Assembly: GCA_002633005.1 (NCBI GenBank)
Contig: NMRA01000899.1
Location: 14,774 to 78,773 of the forward strand
DNA length: 64,000 nt
DNA from: Phoronis australis
Taxonomy: Eukaryota > Animalia > Phoronida
Reading direction: 5' to 3'
This document shows positions 12,801 to 25,558 of the stretch, piece after piece; within the stretch, counting starts at the first letter, position 1; every line of letters begins with the position of its first letter. Under the pieces are notes generated by a model. That model worked only from the letters and a program-made list of their open reading frames with translations. It was not told where the DNA came from and ran no database searches. The translations under genes were made by a program, and so were the position numbers.

Positions 12801-15800
12801 GAGTCATGGAGTGGTCTAATAGCCGCTGAAAAACCGGATTAAGTCCACCACGGTGTATCTGTAGCCAAACTGAAGTGACCCCCCATGGAACATGTCAAGA
12901 TTGGGATATGTTTTACAGGAACGTAATTTTATTGGGAAACAATTTAATGCAGTACATGACATAGAATGCTGCGGTGTTAAAGGAGAATGCCACCCGATTT
13001 GATTAATTTTTTTACCGTCTTAATCGGCCTATTACCACATCGCATTACATAAGGTCGACCCTATCTTGCCGAGAGGTGTCGTGTTAACCTGGGATGAAGG
13101 TGAAAAACGATGCAGCGACGTCACTGGTTCATCTGAAGAGTGAATGCCGCTATGTTTCGGTGCATCGTTCCCGCTGGTCCGAAACATGATGTACCGATAA
13201 AATCGGTTATATCGTTTTATAGACATCTTCTACAGCCTAAATTGCTTAGGAAGTGGCTCGCAGTAGTGAAGAATGAAAAGTACGCTGTTAATAGCAAGTA
13301 TGAGGCAGCGAAACATCTCCGTGTCTGTGGTCCGCCATTTTGTCGACAGCTTTGTCTGACGAATGCCTGCTTTCCAACGAACTGTCTATACGTTCCGTTG
13401 CCTGTGCTGTGCTTGTTCACGGCACATTCCTAGTATTTCTTGATCACTGTATTCCGTTTCGAACTGATAGCTTTGAAATATAACGATCCACCCGTGAAGT
13501 CTTGGTCGGATGAACACTCGTCCAAGTCCGGGGATTGCGAGCTGCCATGTTGACGTTCATTGTTCTTTGTGCGTTCTGTTTCAAAATGATTTTTTCTCAC
13601 CCACCAAATGCTTTTATAAAACTGAAGCAAAGTCTGTCTCATCAGATACAATTTGTAATGCCTTTGGGGTATTCATGAGTGCAAATGTTTCGAGAAGCAG
13701 CATTGAATAAACTACTGCGTTACCGGCTTTAGATACAATAAAAGTAATTAATTGACCGGGCACCGAGGCCCTGTGAGTGCATGCTAATTCAGTGTTTGCT
13801 TACAGAAAGCTGTTGTGAAACAATAATTCAATTCTAGACGCTATGGTCACATGTTAGGGTAATCTGTATTTAGATATACAAATACATAATTCAAGTCAGT
13901 TTTATGTACAACTTTTGCCCTGACGGTTTTGTGGTCCGGAGCTGGGGGAACCTGACTTTGCGGCCCCTGAAAAGTATGTAGATTTTCAATTTCGTGGCTA
14001 ATTCACCAAATTAATTACGTGTACATTAATTCTTTGGATCACTATTATAGTATTTTCGTGACTGGAGGTTTAGTTTCGAACTTTAGCTGGTTTATGTTCG
14101 TGATGTCCAGTCCTGGCGGCAGCGACGGGCCTGATTGGGTTCCGAGCCACTGGGTGGATAACAAGCGTTTCGTGTGTTTAGAATTGAAAAAATCGCAAGT
14201 GTAAAATTACAACACACAGCTATATTTTCCTGTCAGTACTTCACGGAAGATTGATTCGAATTTATCACCAAACAACCCAAACTTCCGCGATCGACGATGG
14301 TAAATTGGCTCACCGAACTCTTTAGGCCAGGTTACGTTCAAATACCTATAAATCCGTAACAGTGAAATATAAAAAGCTCGTTTGTTCACGAACTCGATGT
14401 ATTTGTAAGGGTTTTACATCACATTTTGATGATTTATTAGTGTAAAACGAGGAATTCAGCGATAAGTTGACACCAGTAAGCTTGTTGTGAACGGCTGAAC
14501 AGACTGCGTTCGAACCGAATACATCAAGGGTTAATTTCAACACCTCCGTCTGCCGTCAGGTATCAGGTAAAACAACTGAACTTGCTGTTATCGAGTGGTG
14601 GTACTCTATCTAAATTGATACAAAATATGTTGTTTTTGGGTGGCATTCTCATTTAAGGTCATTGTTCCTTTGGTACCTTTTTGTGTATTGTAGACCTCTG
14701 CCCGGTACTGGGCTGAAGAGGGCGCAGTTCAGTACGGGCGTTTCAGAATCGAGACCGTGGCTAAAAGGTTCGAGCACAACGAGCTAATAATTCACAGAAC
14801 GTTTAATTTTATGGACACCAAGACGGTGAGTATTCCTTATTTGAGTTCCGTATCATAATTGAGATCTAGTTTTAAAAATTCCTGGGATGCCTTTTCAGTT
14901 CCCCAGACTTTTTGCTCTTTAAACAAACTGTAACTTCCCCAACGTTACGCATCACATGTTCCAAGGTGTGTAAGAGTGAATTGTGCGCTTATTTTACAGG
15001 CAAGCAGTCCTCCTCGCCAGATCGAGCAATTTGAACTCACCAACTGGCCCACCAACCAAAGAATACCACCTTCTGCCATTCAGGCAGCACTCATAGAACT
15101 ATACGACCTTGTGGAAAACCGACTAAGGAAAACGGACAAGAAGCCAGCTACCGTTCATTGTTTGTGAGTACCTGCAGATCTATGGGGGCCTGGTATTCGT
15201 ATTCCCCCGGGTACGACAAAAAAACGCAACAATTTCCTGCATCATGCCGTTTCTAAGGGTGACTTGACTTTTTTCTTTCGAAAACTGTGGACGGACCTCC
15301 TGTTATGAGTATACATATACCACTGAACTTGGACATAGTCCTGGAGAAATTTATGCAAGATTTCCCCAAACCTGTACGTAACCATCCTCTGGCACAAAAA
15401 TAGGGAAGCTGACACGGTTGACTTTAAAATTAGAGAAGAAGTTGAATTTTGGCCCCAAGCGTTATTAGTTCGGCAGGTCAAGAGAACTGTGCGTTTCAGT
15501 TGACCAAAGGACGAAGTAGCCGAAATAGTGCTCGATGTGCGAAATTTGCCGAAGCCAAAGAAATGAATCTCAGAAAATCTATTCATCGTCTCCGCATTCA
15601 GGGGGAACTGGTTTTCTGTATCACAGCGCCACCTACATGCAGTACACGGTATTGTGGTCCTGTGAAATGATTTACACACGAAATTCTGTGAGTGGCCATC
15701 AGTACCCATGTCGGGGTTTGGACGTCTGTCGTAGACACATCATGGGCGGCTCACCATAGGGGGCTGAGGGCTATAGCTCCCCCACTTTTTTCAGTGGTGC

Positions 15801-17810
15801 GCCACCCATGCATATGCTGCTGAAAAGTCTCTAAAGCATACAGTATAGTTGATCGTTTACTTGTTTTGTCGGGCGTCTTGAAACTGTGCTTGTGCCAATT
15901 AAAAAACACGAATTTGTGTAGTATGGATGATCTTGTTGTTGAAACGACGGCGAGTCACAACAGATGGGGGCTTGTGAAGCAAGTACATCTACATGTAGGC
16001 ATTTCTCAACACGAACCAATCGGAATGTCTGATTGTTATTTGGAACTAACCACATGCATCTGGTGAATATCACTTCGTTTTCAGTTATAAGAAGCTATTT
16101 AGAAGATCAATTCCCAGCGTCAAAACTAGCTAAAATCTAATCTGTTACACCAACTCTTAAGACGAATGCGTTTTGAAAATCATTCTTGTCGGCGATATAA
16201 CGAGTTTCCCTCGTTCTCTAACATAAACCCAAAAATTGTTACGAAATTCTGCTTTCGTCAGACTACGCGGTGCCTTCTGACTTATTCTTGTTCCGTTTAC
16301 AGAGACGGGTGTACGCGCAGCGGTTTCTTCTGCGCTATGGTGAATCTGTTTGATAAGATCAAATTGGAACAGGGCGTTGATGTTTTCCATACCGTAAAGA
16401 GTACACGATCAAACAGACCAGAGTTTGTCGGCGATATTGTAAGTTATATTTCAGCCATGACTCTGTTCAAATCACCTGTCGATGTTGGCCGATAACACCG
16501 TTTTGGACGCTTTTATGGGTTTTCTGCTGTATGTATTATTTGTATATAGTCTGTAATCTGCACCGGTTTGAATATGCGGCGTGTAAGAGGGGTCGTTAGT
16601 GAATGAATGCCTGTGTGGGCTTGATTTAAGGAATCATGGAACGCGAAAACTCGTCAAAATATCTTTTAAACAATTCTCGACGAAAGTACCATATCGCAAC
16701 GCCTACTTCAGAGTTATTCACTTTTTTCCCGTGAGGAAATTTCCAGAAAATCACAAAATTCACTATTTTTTTTGAAATATCCGCCACGGAAAAAACTTCT
16801 TAGTTACCACAGAGTTTCCAATCTTCCTCTCACTTACGGTAAATGCGCGTATGCCCTCATTCGACAGCGGACTAAGAAGATAGATACTAAGGTCAGATTA
16901 TCACGTGGGATTACACGTTGAATCTGAGATCTATAGCACAGAGTGAGCCAAGCCAGTGAAGCAAGCAATTTTCGAGAAAAAATAATTGGAAGTGCATTTT
17001 GGAATGCATGTATGTTTTAATACTACGATACCGTTATAACTAATTTTGAACAGTTGGGCCTTACACCAATTGCATCTTACTGGAACGGACTGCTGCTTGA
17101 AGTCGCTATTGTTTTGTTTACATCAAATGTCAAAGGTCACATTTTCTATATAAGAGAAATGTGCTACGTCTATGTCTTGCCATCCAAATAAAGAGACGTG
17201 CTTTGCCCTGAGGTAGAAAAAGCAACGAAGTGACAAGCAGTTGGCAGATCGTTTTTTTTTTCAGAGAATTGAAACTAAAAGAACAATGCTGTGACATCAA
17301 CAGAAATTCAAAACCTTTAGGAAGAAATTGTAAAATTACTTAGTGAACAGGTTGAATTCTGTTTCAGTAGCACAGAACTATTTTGACTAGTGCAATTTTG
17401 TCCTTTTTTCGTTTTCCGGTCCCTTAATTGCGCAGGAGGCGGACTCTGAGTTCACGGACACGCACACTTTTTGTGCGGTGGACTGTTTCCATTTTGTAAC
17501 CGATGTGTTCCGACTTAGCGCGCAAGTACACGAACTTTTTGCAATGCCTCAGAGTTGTTACAAAACATTGATTTGAAAGGTACACAATTGTATATTTCGG
17601 TTTCTCACCCACGCGCGACACTCGTGAGACAAAATCAGAAGTGGCTTTGGAACTACAGCGTCATCATTTATACTTGTACGATTTCATTGATTTTGATATG
17701 GTTTTGGTTTTGAATATTTTCCTTCTATTTTCCAGGAACAGTACAAGTCTCTATATTTGATGGCCCAGCGGTTTTTGGAGTCCTTTGAAACTTATGCGAA
17801 CTTCCGGTAA
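6892..17810 (+). CDS. Receptor-type protein tyrosine phosphatase, 3' part (D2 domain and C-terminus; RPTP alpha/epsilon-like); upstream exons not found in the window
   Basis: Seven AG/GT-bounded exons join in frame: 6892-6991, 8935-9011, 9381-9515, 14694-14825, 15000-15163, 16303-16438, 17736-17810 (819 nt, ends TAA). Spliced motifs: [64 protein letters not shown]-terminal FETYANFR*. Confidence 0.93.
10315..12785 (+). mobile_element. Decayed L1/Tx1-clade LINE (ORF2 reverse transcriptase pseudogene) in a PTP intron
   Basis: Frameshifted pieces: [66 protein letters not shown] (~11390-11409). Many stops; AATAAA-rich tail near 12720-12785. Confidence 0.92.
12981..14652 (+). mobile_element. Kolobok-like non-autonomous DNA transposon with THAP remnant
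   Basis: TTAA on both sides (12977-12980, 14653-14656) and TIR AGGAGAATGCCACCC / GGGTGGCATTCTCAT. Internal THAP-like remnant [16 protein letters not shown]. Confidence 0.85.
15741..15810. mobile_element. 70-bp MITE with near-perfect 5-bp TSD
   Basis: CATGGGCGGCTCACCA...TGGTGCGCCACCCATG, flanked by CACAT/CATAT. Confidence 0.6.
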
Positions 17811-20282
17811 TACTCACTGTTGGTGCCTAAATTGTGCAGCGACATTTTGGACAACGTTGCTATTTGCATTCCGAAGTGCTGTGAACATCCTGATTATGCA
17901 GCTGACTGGACGGGAAAATGATGTATATGTCACGATACTGGCTGTATTCGAACGGTGAAGTGCACTCTAAGTTTTTCCCGTGGCCGGCCACTCAAAGTTT
18001 GTATCATGTGGTCAAAGCTCTATAGGAGTTACACTTGGTGTTTCATTTGTGGACGTACTTGTGCTCTGTATAACGGTAGAATTCAGTACCATTAGGACCT
18101 CGCGAAAAATGTAAGACTTCGCGAAATTACGCGAGGTGTTGCCGTGTATTTTCAATAAGAACACGTGATTTTGGCTACATTTTTCTTGCCGAGAGACAGC
18201 TACTGGACTCTACCCTGTTTCGTTTCTTACACGCTACAGTAGTAACACTAGATCAAGAAGTTGGCTCTAAAGTCATGCAGGCGAGACGGCTGAAACTACG
18301 ATCTGCGCCGTGTCCCGGGGCGAATCAACGATGTAGAAAGAGCGGCCTAATGGCAACTTTTAAGGGAAAACGTTTGTGCTACCTTTGAAAACGGCATGCT
18401 GGCGCCTTGCCCCTCGTCTCGTAGGACGCCGCTCACATTTTACATTTTAGTCTAATACTCTTTACCTTTAATCAGTGGCCCATCCTTCATATATTACGGC
18501 CAATCTTCGGGTCAAAGTTTTTTGTGGGAATGCCTCCAAGTTAGTGCAGTGTGCTTTTTATTATGTTCATACGGATTAGTGCTTTGTTTGACGACCATAC
18601 TTGGTCACTTATACACGTACTTGTTCTAGTGCTTAGATTGGTTCTTGGCGTCTGCTGGTTAAGTTGTTGAAAGAAACGATGGTTGGCGACGCAGACTTCG
18701 CAGTTTTCAGAATTAGCTTTTAGCTGTCCTGGTGATGAAACATGTTAAGTGAAACATGAATGTCGAAGAGCGGTGATTTTTATTTATAAACTTGCGGACA
18801 CAACCGCGTTTTCTTTCTAATATCGTATTGTTGGCCTAGTTAAGGTATATTTGGTGTATAGCTTACGCTTTCAATATTGTTATACTGATTGCCCACGTGA
18901 GATTGGTGGCGCTTTGCGTCGAGAATTAAGCAGATTCGCTACTGAAGCTGTTGCCTTATCTAGGGAAAGGTCTACTTGTATGTTTGTTTATTGGTTCGTT
19001 TTCTTTCTCCAAGGCTGCTGCTGACAGCACTCAAACCAATCCTTCTTGGAGAAGGCACAGATTGTGTGAGTTAACGGAATAAATATTGTAGACACGTGTT
19101 TCTGTCTGTTTAAGAATTTCATGTAAAATTTCAGATCGACTGATAGGGTTCACAGAAGGTCGAGCAAGCTGAAACCCTCCCATCTATTCCGCCCTTAAGA
19201 ACCCAATAGCTGTCATAAACGTGCATGAACGTAGAACAGTCTCGACGTGAAATACACAATAAACGACGTGGGAATCACGACTCCCCGCCTGTGACTTTGC
19301 TAGTGATGACGCTGAGCGTACATCCTCGCTCCATTTCTTATAAATTATAAACTACCTTGTCAACCAATCAAAGACATCAATTTTCGCCCAGTTGCTACGA
19401 TTACAGCCATTGTTCAAGGAGTTCATTCAGAGTTAGGTGGCCATTTTGGAATACCTAAATCTTAGTTGGCCCATGAAAAGTGCGTCGGTTTTAAAATAGG
19501 CATTCAAGAATGTGTTACAATAAGCAAGTTTTATTATTAATTAGTGTTTAAGTGCGTACTGCGCAACTTTTCAGTGGAAATCCAACACTTGTCCCGGTCT
19601 TCCTCTTATGACCAAATAAACGTCCCTGCACTCTCTGGATTCGAAACGCCACATCTTTACTCAGAAAGGCACCGCCGTCCTTGAAGTCGCAGTAAAGCTT
19701 ACGAACAAATCATGCAATTCACCCGGCATATCGGTTAGACGGTCTTGATTACAAGCGGTAATTTTCTTCGTTTTTCTAAGATTGTGTCACTAGATGGAAT
19801 GGGCGGGGCGATGGGGGAATTTTACGACTGACAATTAGCTTGCCAGAATCTAGTTTTGACGTAGCCTACGTTTGTACCACGACTTTAAACAGTTGTATTA
19901 CACCGTCGTTCCTGTCGATATGAAACGAAACTTGAACGTGATCCGTGTTTGAAATGGCATTCTTCTTTACAGTTACCAGTTCCCACTCGTCTCCAGTCGC
20001 TTTCGTCGAGTTTTCAGCGGGACTTGGCAGTCACTGAGAAGGAGCTTGGGGTATAGTCATCAGATTCAATAGTGACAAGTGACTAAAGTCGGGAGTACGG
20101 CATAAAGATATCATATACGTCTCAGAATTGTTTAGTTATACGCAACTAATCCCAACTTACTTCAATTATCCTGCCATCACCATCTTAGCTTGTTGCTGAC
20201 GTCATGTTTGTTATCAGCCTGCCCTCCCAGTGAGAATAGTTGAAATGCGTGTTTGGTGTCTCTAAACCTGTGAGATTTGATG

Positions 20283-20539
20283 CATGCGCGCACCCAGGGG
20301 AGCTCGGGGTCTCGAAGGAGCCCCCCTCCCCCTATTTGGCGAAGTGGACAAAAAGGTCCGCCTCAGAGAAACAAAAAGTCGAGAAAATGAGGCAAAAGTC
20401 CACTGAAAAGGCACAGACGCACAGTGAGGGTGGTACCTCGTTTTTTTATTTTTAATCCTCCCGCTTTTTTGTCAGCAAAAGGTCCACATCGCCAGAAATT
20501 CGAGTCCCCCCCCCATATTAAAAGCTGGCTGCGCAAACG
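20283..20539. mobile_element. MITE with 5-bp TSD
   Basis: CATGCGCGCACCCAG...CTGGCTGCGCAAACG, flanked by TGATG/TGATG. Confidence 0.7.
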
Positions 20540-21757
20540 TGATGACGTCATATATGTTAATTATATACCTGACCGCAGGTAGCGCAGCAATTAGTAGGAA
20601 TAATTGAATTAGTTGACTTTAGTTGAATCCAATTATCCCCAAGTTATCTCAACCTTTCCAGCTCTGATTTATTAAACTGATTTAACTAAATGTACCAATT
20701 GTAGCGCCATCTGAAGTAGTACTGGCATTGTGAGAAATAAAGATCTGAGAGTCACTGGTTTTCCTGCAGGTGGCGCAGCGACTAGTGAGAATAGTTGAAT
20801 TAGTTGAAATGCGTATTTGGTGTGTCTCAAGTTGCGAGCTTTGCCCGTTAATAGTGTACCCGGTTGCTCAATGGCACAAACGATGACTTTCCAAATTCAT
20901 CCACAATTTGACAAATTGGTTTCCATTTCTAGACAACTCTCATGGTGTCAATAAATAAAACGGCGAAAACTCAACTTTTGATAGGGTATGTGAACCACCC
21001 AGTCAATGTCAATCGACACTTTGTCTCCTTTTAATGGTACACTGTACAGGTAGAAATAAATTGCATGGTACCTTTGTCTCTGGGCATTTTGTGATTTATG
21101 CTTTAGGTCATGCATAAAGGAATTAAATGCCGTAGATTAAAATTAGCGCTCTCTTGTAGAACGGTGATGCACTACTTCCATTTTGTGGATTTCATTTTCT
21201 TAAAACTGTGTTCACCTACAGTATGATAAAAATATCGGTGCTACATGTTTCAAATTGTCACAAATTTCCTGAATTTAAACACGAATGAAATGTATCCATT
21301 TTCTAATTTCTACGAAATAACTAGCAAAAAAACACGATACACTAATTTTTCTAGTAATTTATATGAATTTAGGCACCATATGGAAAGAGATTACAATTGC
21401 ATATTAACAAATAACAAAAAACACGAATGAAACCATGACACCAGCACAATATCTAACTGTTCTCTTTCTTCCAAGTTTCTGCGTTGGCTCGTGAAAGTGA
21501 AGATTTTTTCTTTAACCATAGTCGAGAACCGCTTTAGAAGTCATGAACCATCTGAACAGACTGGTACCTTCACTAAGTAGACTACAACATTAAAGATGAA
21601 TAAGCTGATTATTACACGAAGTTAATCAATTCCTCTTAGCCCAAAGATTTTGTCTTGTATGACCTGAGCTGCTGGTTGTCACTTGACCGGATGTTATGCC
21701 CACGTGACTGTGGGATAACAATACCGACCGTTACTCAAAACGTTCGCTTCGACGGGA

Positions 21758-23661
21758 TTATGTTCCATGTATTTGAATTCTATAAAGTAAAGTGTCCAAC
21801 TCAATCATTTCTTGGGCACCTACTTTATGAAACGTCACGGGATAGCGACTTATGCCTCCATGTTCTGAGGGTACATTTCCCAAATTTACCCTATGTTTTC
21901 TGTATACTTCCAAGTATTGATTTAACGCGTGTCTTTTGGGTGTAGCGTACAGGAACCTCTCGTTACCATATGCGTCGGTCGTATCAAGCAAAGAGACATT
22001 CAGTCGCTGTAAGCACCATGCAAGCATTATGTCCTCTGTCGCTATATCCCAATGCACGCAGGCTTTGCGGTGAAGTAAACCGTAACGACGCACTGCTTCC
22101 CTGCTCAGTATGTAACCACTTCCACCGTGGAGATAATCACGGATCTGACCAGAGTCGTTTCTAGACATGCGCAGGCCGAACGCCACGGGGCTGTTGGGAT
22201 TTTTGTCCGACAGGAAATGGCGTAAGTTTTCAGCAATGACGAACGTGTCGTCGTCCACTTTAAAGAACCAATCATAGTGGTTCAATTCACTGGCATACAG
22301 GTACTCGTAGGCGGCAAACGTTTTGATAGTTAAATGTCGTAAACCTTCCTTTACCTGGAGACCGATGGTTGGAACACTAGAGTCATTGACGGAACTCATA
22401 AACAAAAGTTTGTCTACTCTTCTTCCCCAAGTTTTCTGAATGGCTTTGCAGCTTGTGTTGTGTGTTTTGGGATAGGTTAGCACCCATACTAATGTCTTGC
22501 CTGTGTTGTCTGAAGCACCTGTTGAAGAAGAAGAGTATTAAGGCAGAGTCAAGTGCGTCACAGCGACAAAGAATGGTTGCTTATTTTTCAACTATTACCA
22601 TGATAGTTGGATCCAGTTGACTGTCAACATCTGCTGTGTTCGATCTCCTCATTAAGAACACGCAAGACAAATTTCAAGAAGACCAAAAGAACTGTATGAC
22701 AATTTGACACAAGAGGTGCCATTGATTTGGTGAATCCCTGTTGTGCTTTCCTCAATATGAGCAAATTTACTATATTCATCAAGATCCTGTGACGGGTTTA
22801 GGAGATACAGCTGTGGACGCCGGACGACGGACATCCAGGCATAGATGACGGCAATATGCACCCACGTATAAATATGTGGGCGCATACAAAATGACCACGA
22901 ATATAGTAGCCTAATATACTGTAAAGGTGTCGTTATCTTCTTAGCAGAAACCTTTACCAAATTTCACAATAACCTGTCACAGCCGGGGTATAGATATATA
23001 TAGAGGCAAACGTAAACAACTGAAATTTCCAGTCAGGACACACCGGTCATTCAGATTCGTCCGAAAGTAGATTTCGCTTGCCAAGAAATTACTCCGAGGA
23101 GTTCAGGAAACGTCACTGCGTTAGGATACCCAACATGTGCTACCACACAACATGCATGAGCTGGCGGATGAAAATGTGGCATAACAGGATTTTGTCTTAA
23201 TGAACTGACGAACGATTTCGACCGTATTTTCTGGGATTCTGTGTAACAGGATTCGTTAACTAATCACACGTGTGTATAGGAAGACAGGAAAGCTGGAGGA
23301 TTTTTTGATGCACATGAATCGATTTGCAATTATTTGCCCGTTTAGGACACGAAGAGATACCGCGAACAAGATTTGTTTCTAACATTGTAAGGCCTTCCTA
23401 TTTTAAATTGAGCTTCGGTCTAAACGGAACCCTGCTGCTGGTTTACAGTATAAGAAACATTATAATGCATGTATTAAATATTGTTTTATGAACCGATTTA
23501 CCTGAGTATCTTCCAAGCCAACGATGATGGATTGCCCGTCCTGCGTTCCTTAGATCGACATCTTTCCAAGCGTTCAAGACAATTAAAGTTATAACGAAGA
23601 AAGCTCCTAGTGCAAGAGCTATCGACCGGCGATGCCTGAACAAAGCAACCCTCACACGCAT
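21758..23661 (-). CDS. C1GALT1: Core 1 beta-1,3-galactosyltransferase-like (GT31/fringe-like family), ~306 aa type II membrane protein
   Basis: Coding exons 23661-23502 (MRVRVALF.. plus TM segment IALALGAFFVITLIVL, donor GTAAAT) and 22518-21758 (acceptor ttcaacag) join in phase 1. Motifs: TWG, LLFMSS, YDWFFKVDDDTFVIAENLRHFL (DxD), GGSGYILSREA, EDIMLAWCL, PVTFH. Confidence 0.88.
22655..22892 (-). mobile_element. Partial HINE-like copy (5' end) in the C1GALT1-like intron
   Basis: Palindrome TGCACCCACGTATAAATATGTGGGCGCA and a GGACG-type microsatellite, the reverse complement of the start at 39251. Confidence 0.55.
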
Positions 23662-23687
23662 GCTGCTGGAAGTAGAATTTTTGTCAC

Positions 23688-23932
23688 CATTAGATTTTAA
23701 TAGAAACTTGAGTAGTGACAATGCTTACAATGTACTCGGTGGATCAACGATAAGAAATGGGAACTGGGGTGGGGGGCGACAGCCAAAACAGTTTTGTTTT
23801 CGTAACTACCGTCACTATTGGTATTAGATTTTAATAGAAACTTGGGTAGTGATACTGCGTACAATGTACTCGGTGAATCAACGATGAGAAAATTAATGGG
23901 AACTGGGGTAGGGGGCAGACAACCAAAGTAGT
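23688..23932. repeat. ~130-bp diverged tandem duplication
   Basis: ATTAGATTTTAATAGAAACTTG...TACAATGTACTCGGTG...GGGAACTGGGGT occurs twice. Confidence 0.85.
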
Positions 23933-23991
23933 ATTGTTCTAGAAATTATATTTACCGTAGGATTTTTCGACTTTAATTGTCGATCCTGAAT

Positions 23992-24159
23992 CAGTGGCGG
24001 ATTTAGAGAGGGGGCCAAGGGCGCCATGCCCCCCCCCCCCCTAAAATTCTCCAAGATTCCGTTGGGCAGTTCGGGGGTGCCAATGTCTGACAGGCAAAAT
24101 CCTGGCTAATACTCTGCCCTGCCCCCCCTCCCCAACTCAAAATGCTGGATCCGCCCATG
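23992..24159. mobile_element. MITE family A (CAGTGGCGGAT..ATCCGCC), 5-bp TSD
   Basis: Flanked by TGAAT/TGAAT. The same internal sequence occurs at 29481, 32962, 42924 and 63211. Confidence 0.85.
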
Positions 24160-25558
24160 TGAATAGTATTGTATTGGCCGGTTCCCTCCCATTCATTTTA
24201 GGTACGGAAGGGAATCCCCCGCCCGTCTGATATTCGGGGTCTCTTCAACAGACTGCTGGTCAGGTTATTTGTCTTGCGAGTCAGCGTCCAGTTTAATTGT
24301 TGAAGCCACCCATAACAATTTCAAGTAGTACGGATTACAACGGGTCTACATAGATGGCATTACACAATGTCACAAACATCTCAGCAACGGCGGGTAAGAT
24401 AAGACGTAGCGCCTCAACATTAACTTAACAGACACTGGTTTCAGATACCTGTGATGTCAAGAAGAAAGCCCAAGCCTGGGTGTGAATTGTACAGCCGTGC
24501 CAAACATGCTAAGGTTCACTCAAATGTTCACGAGTTAATAACAGGATACGTTCAGATACGGTTTCCAAACAACTCTCTCGACAGAGTGTATTGACACACA
24601 CCTGTAATCTCCATGATTTACCGTCTTGAAATGGCTCACCTGTGAATATCAATGCAGCCCTGGTTCTTTTAATTGAGGGTCCAGGCACGATCATTGCCTC
24701 TGGCTCTCAAGTAAGTCGACTGCTACGAAATCGGACAGTTTTCATTTCGTGGGTCGGTTTTCAAGTACCTGGTGTAGTTAGGAACAGGCTAGACGACTTG
24801 CACCTCGCCAGAGTGCGTCATTTGACCTCTAAGCTTGTGTTCAGTTATTACCCTGTTTGTGTGCACTTTCAAGCGCGTCATTGACAAACACAATAGAAGA
24901 GGGTGTGCCGAAATACTCAACTAATCGGAGTCACATGGACAAATCGGTCCCACACGATTTGGTGGCTGCATATGAGCTAGTGTGTATATACGAAGTCGTG
25001 CACGAAAACCGTAGACAGTAGTCCACAAGTCGTGCACGATTGAGTCTGTTGGATTGTGCACTAGGAACTTTAGACTTGCGTATAGTAAGCCTACAATAAG
25101 ATCACAGTACACTGTAGGCCCTATTTTGCAAAACTCAGCGGCAAATTTGACGTAGTGTTCTCTAGTCATCAGATTTATGGCTATGCTGAAGAATTTAAAG
25201 CCTAACTTCAACGGAATTTTGTTATTTTATAGATGTATAGGACTAACCAAATAGGCCTAGTCCTAGCAAAGCTTTAGTAAAGTAAGAAAACTTGAGTCTA
25301 ATCACGCGAATGTAAGCCGCTCAAATACTAAGTGAAGCTGCCTTTTTAGTCGTGCCATGTTGCGTCACAGCGTACGTGATCCCAGCGCAACTAGGGGTCT
25401 GAATAGAACAACATTGTGTGCGGTTGTTATTCGCAGCTGTTTGGAGTGAACGGGTCGTTCTCGCGGTGACGTGTACAAAAGCAAGCCAATACGCCTGACA
25501 GTTCGTTAAATTTGGCAATTTATGGTACGTACTAGTGGGCTTAGAGCGATGCTCTTAA

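Noticed and set aside
15242-16073. Cluster of overlapping 70-155-aa ORFs
   Set aside because: Intronic to the PTP gene, with no domain motifs; consistent with chance ORFs.
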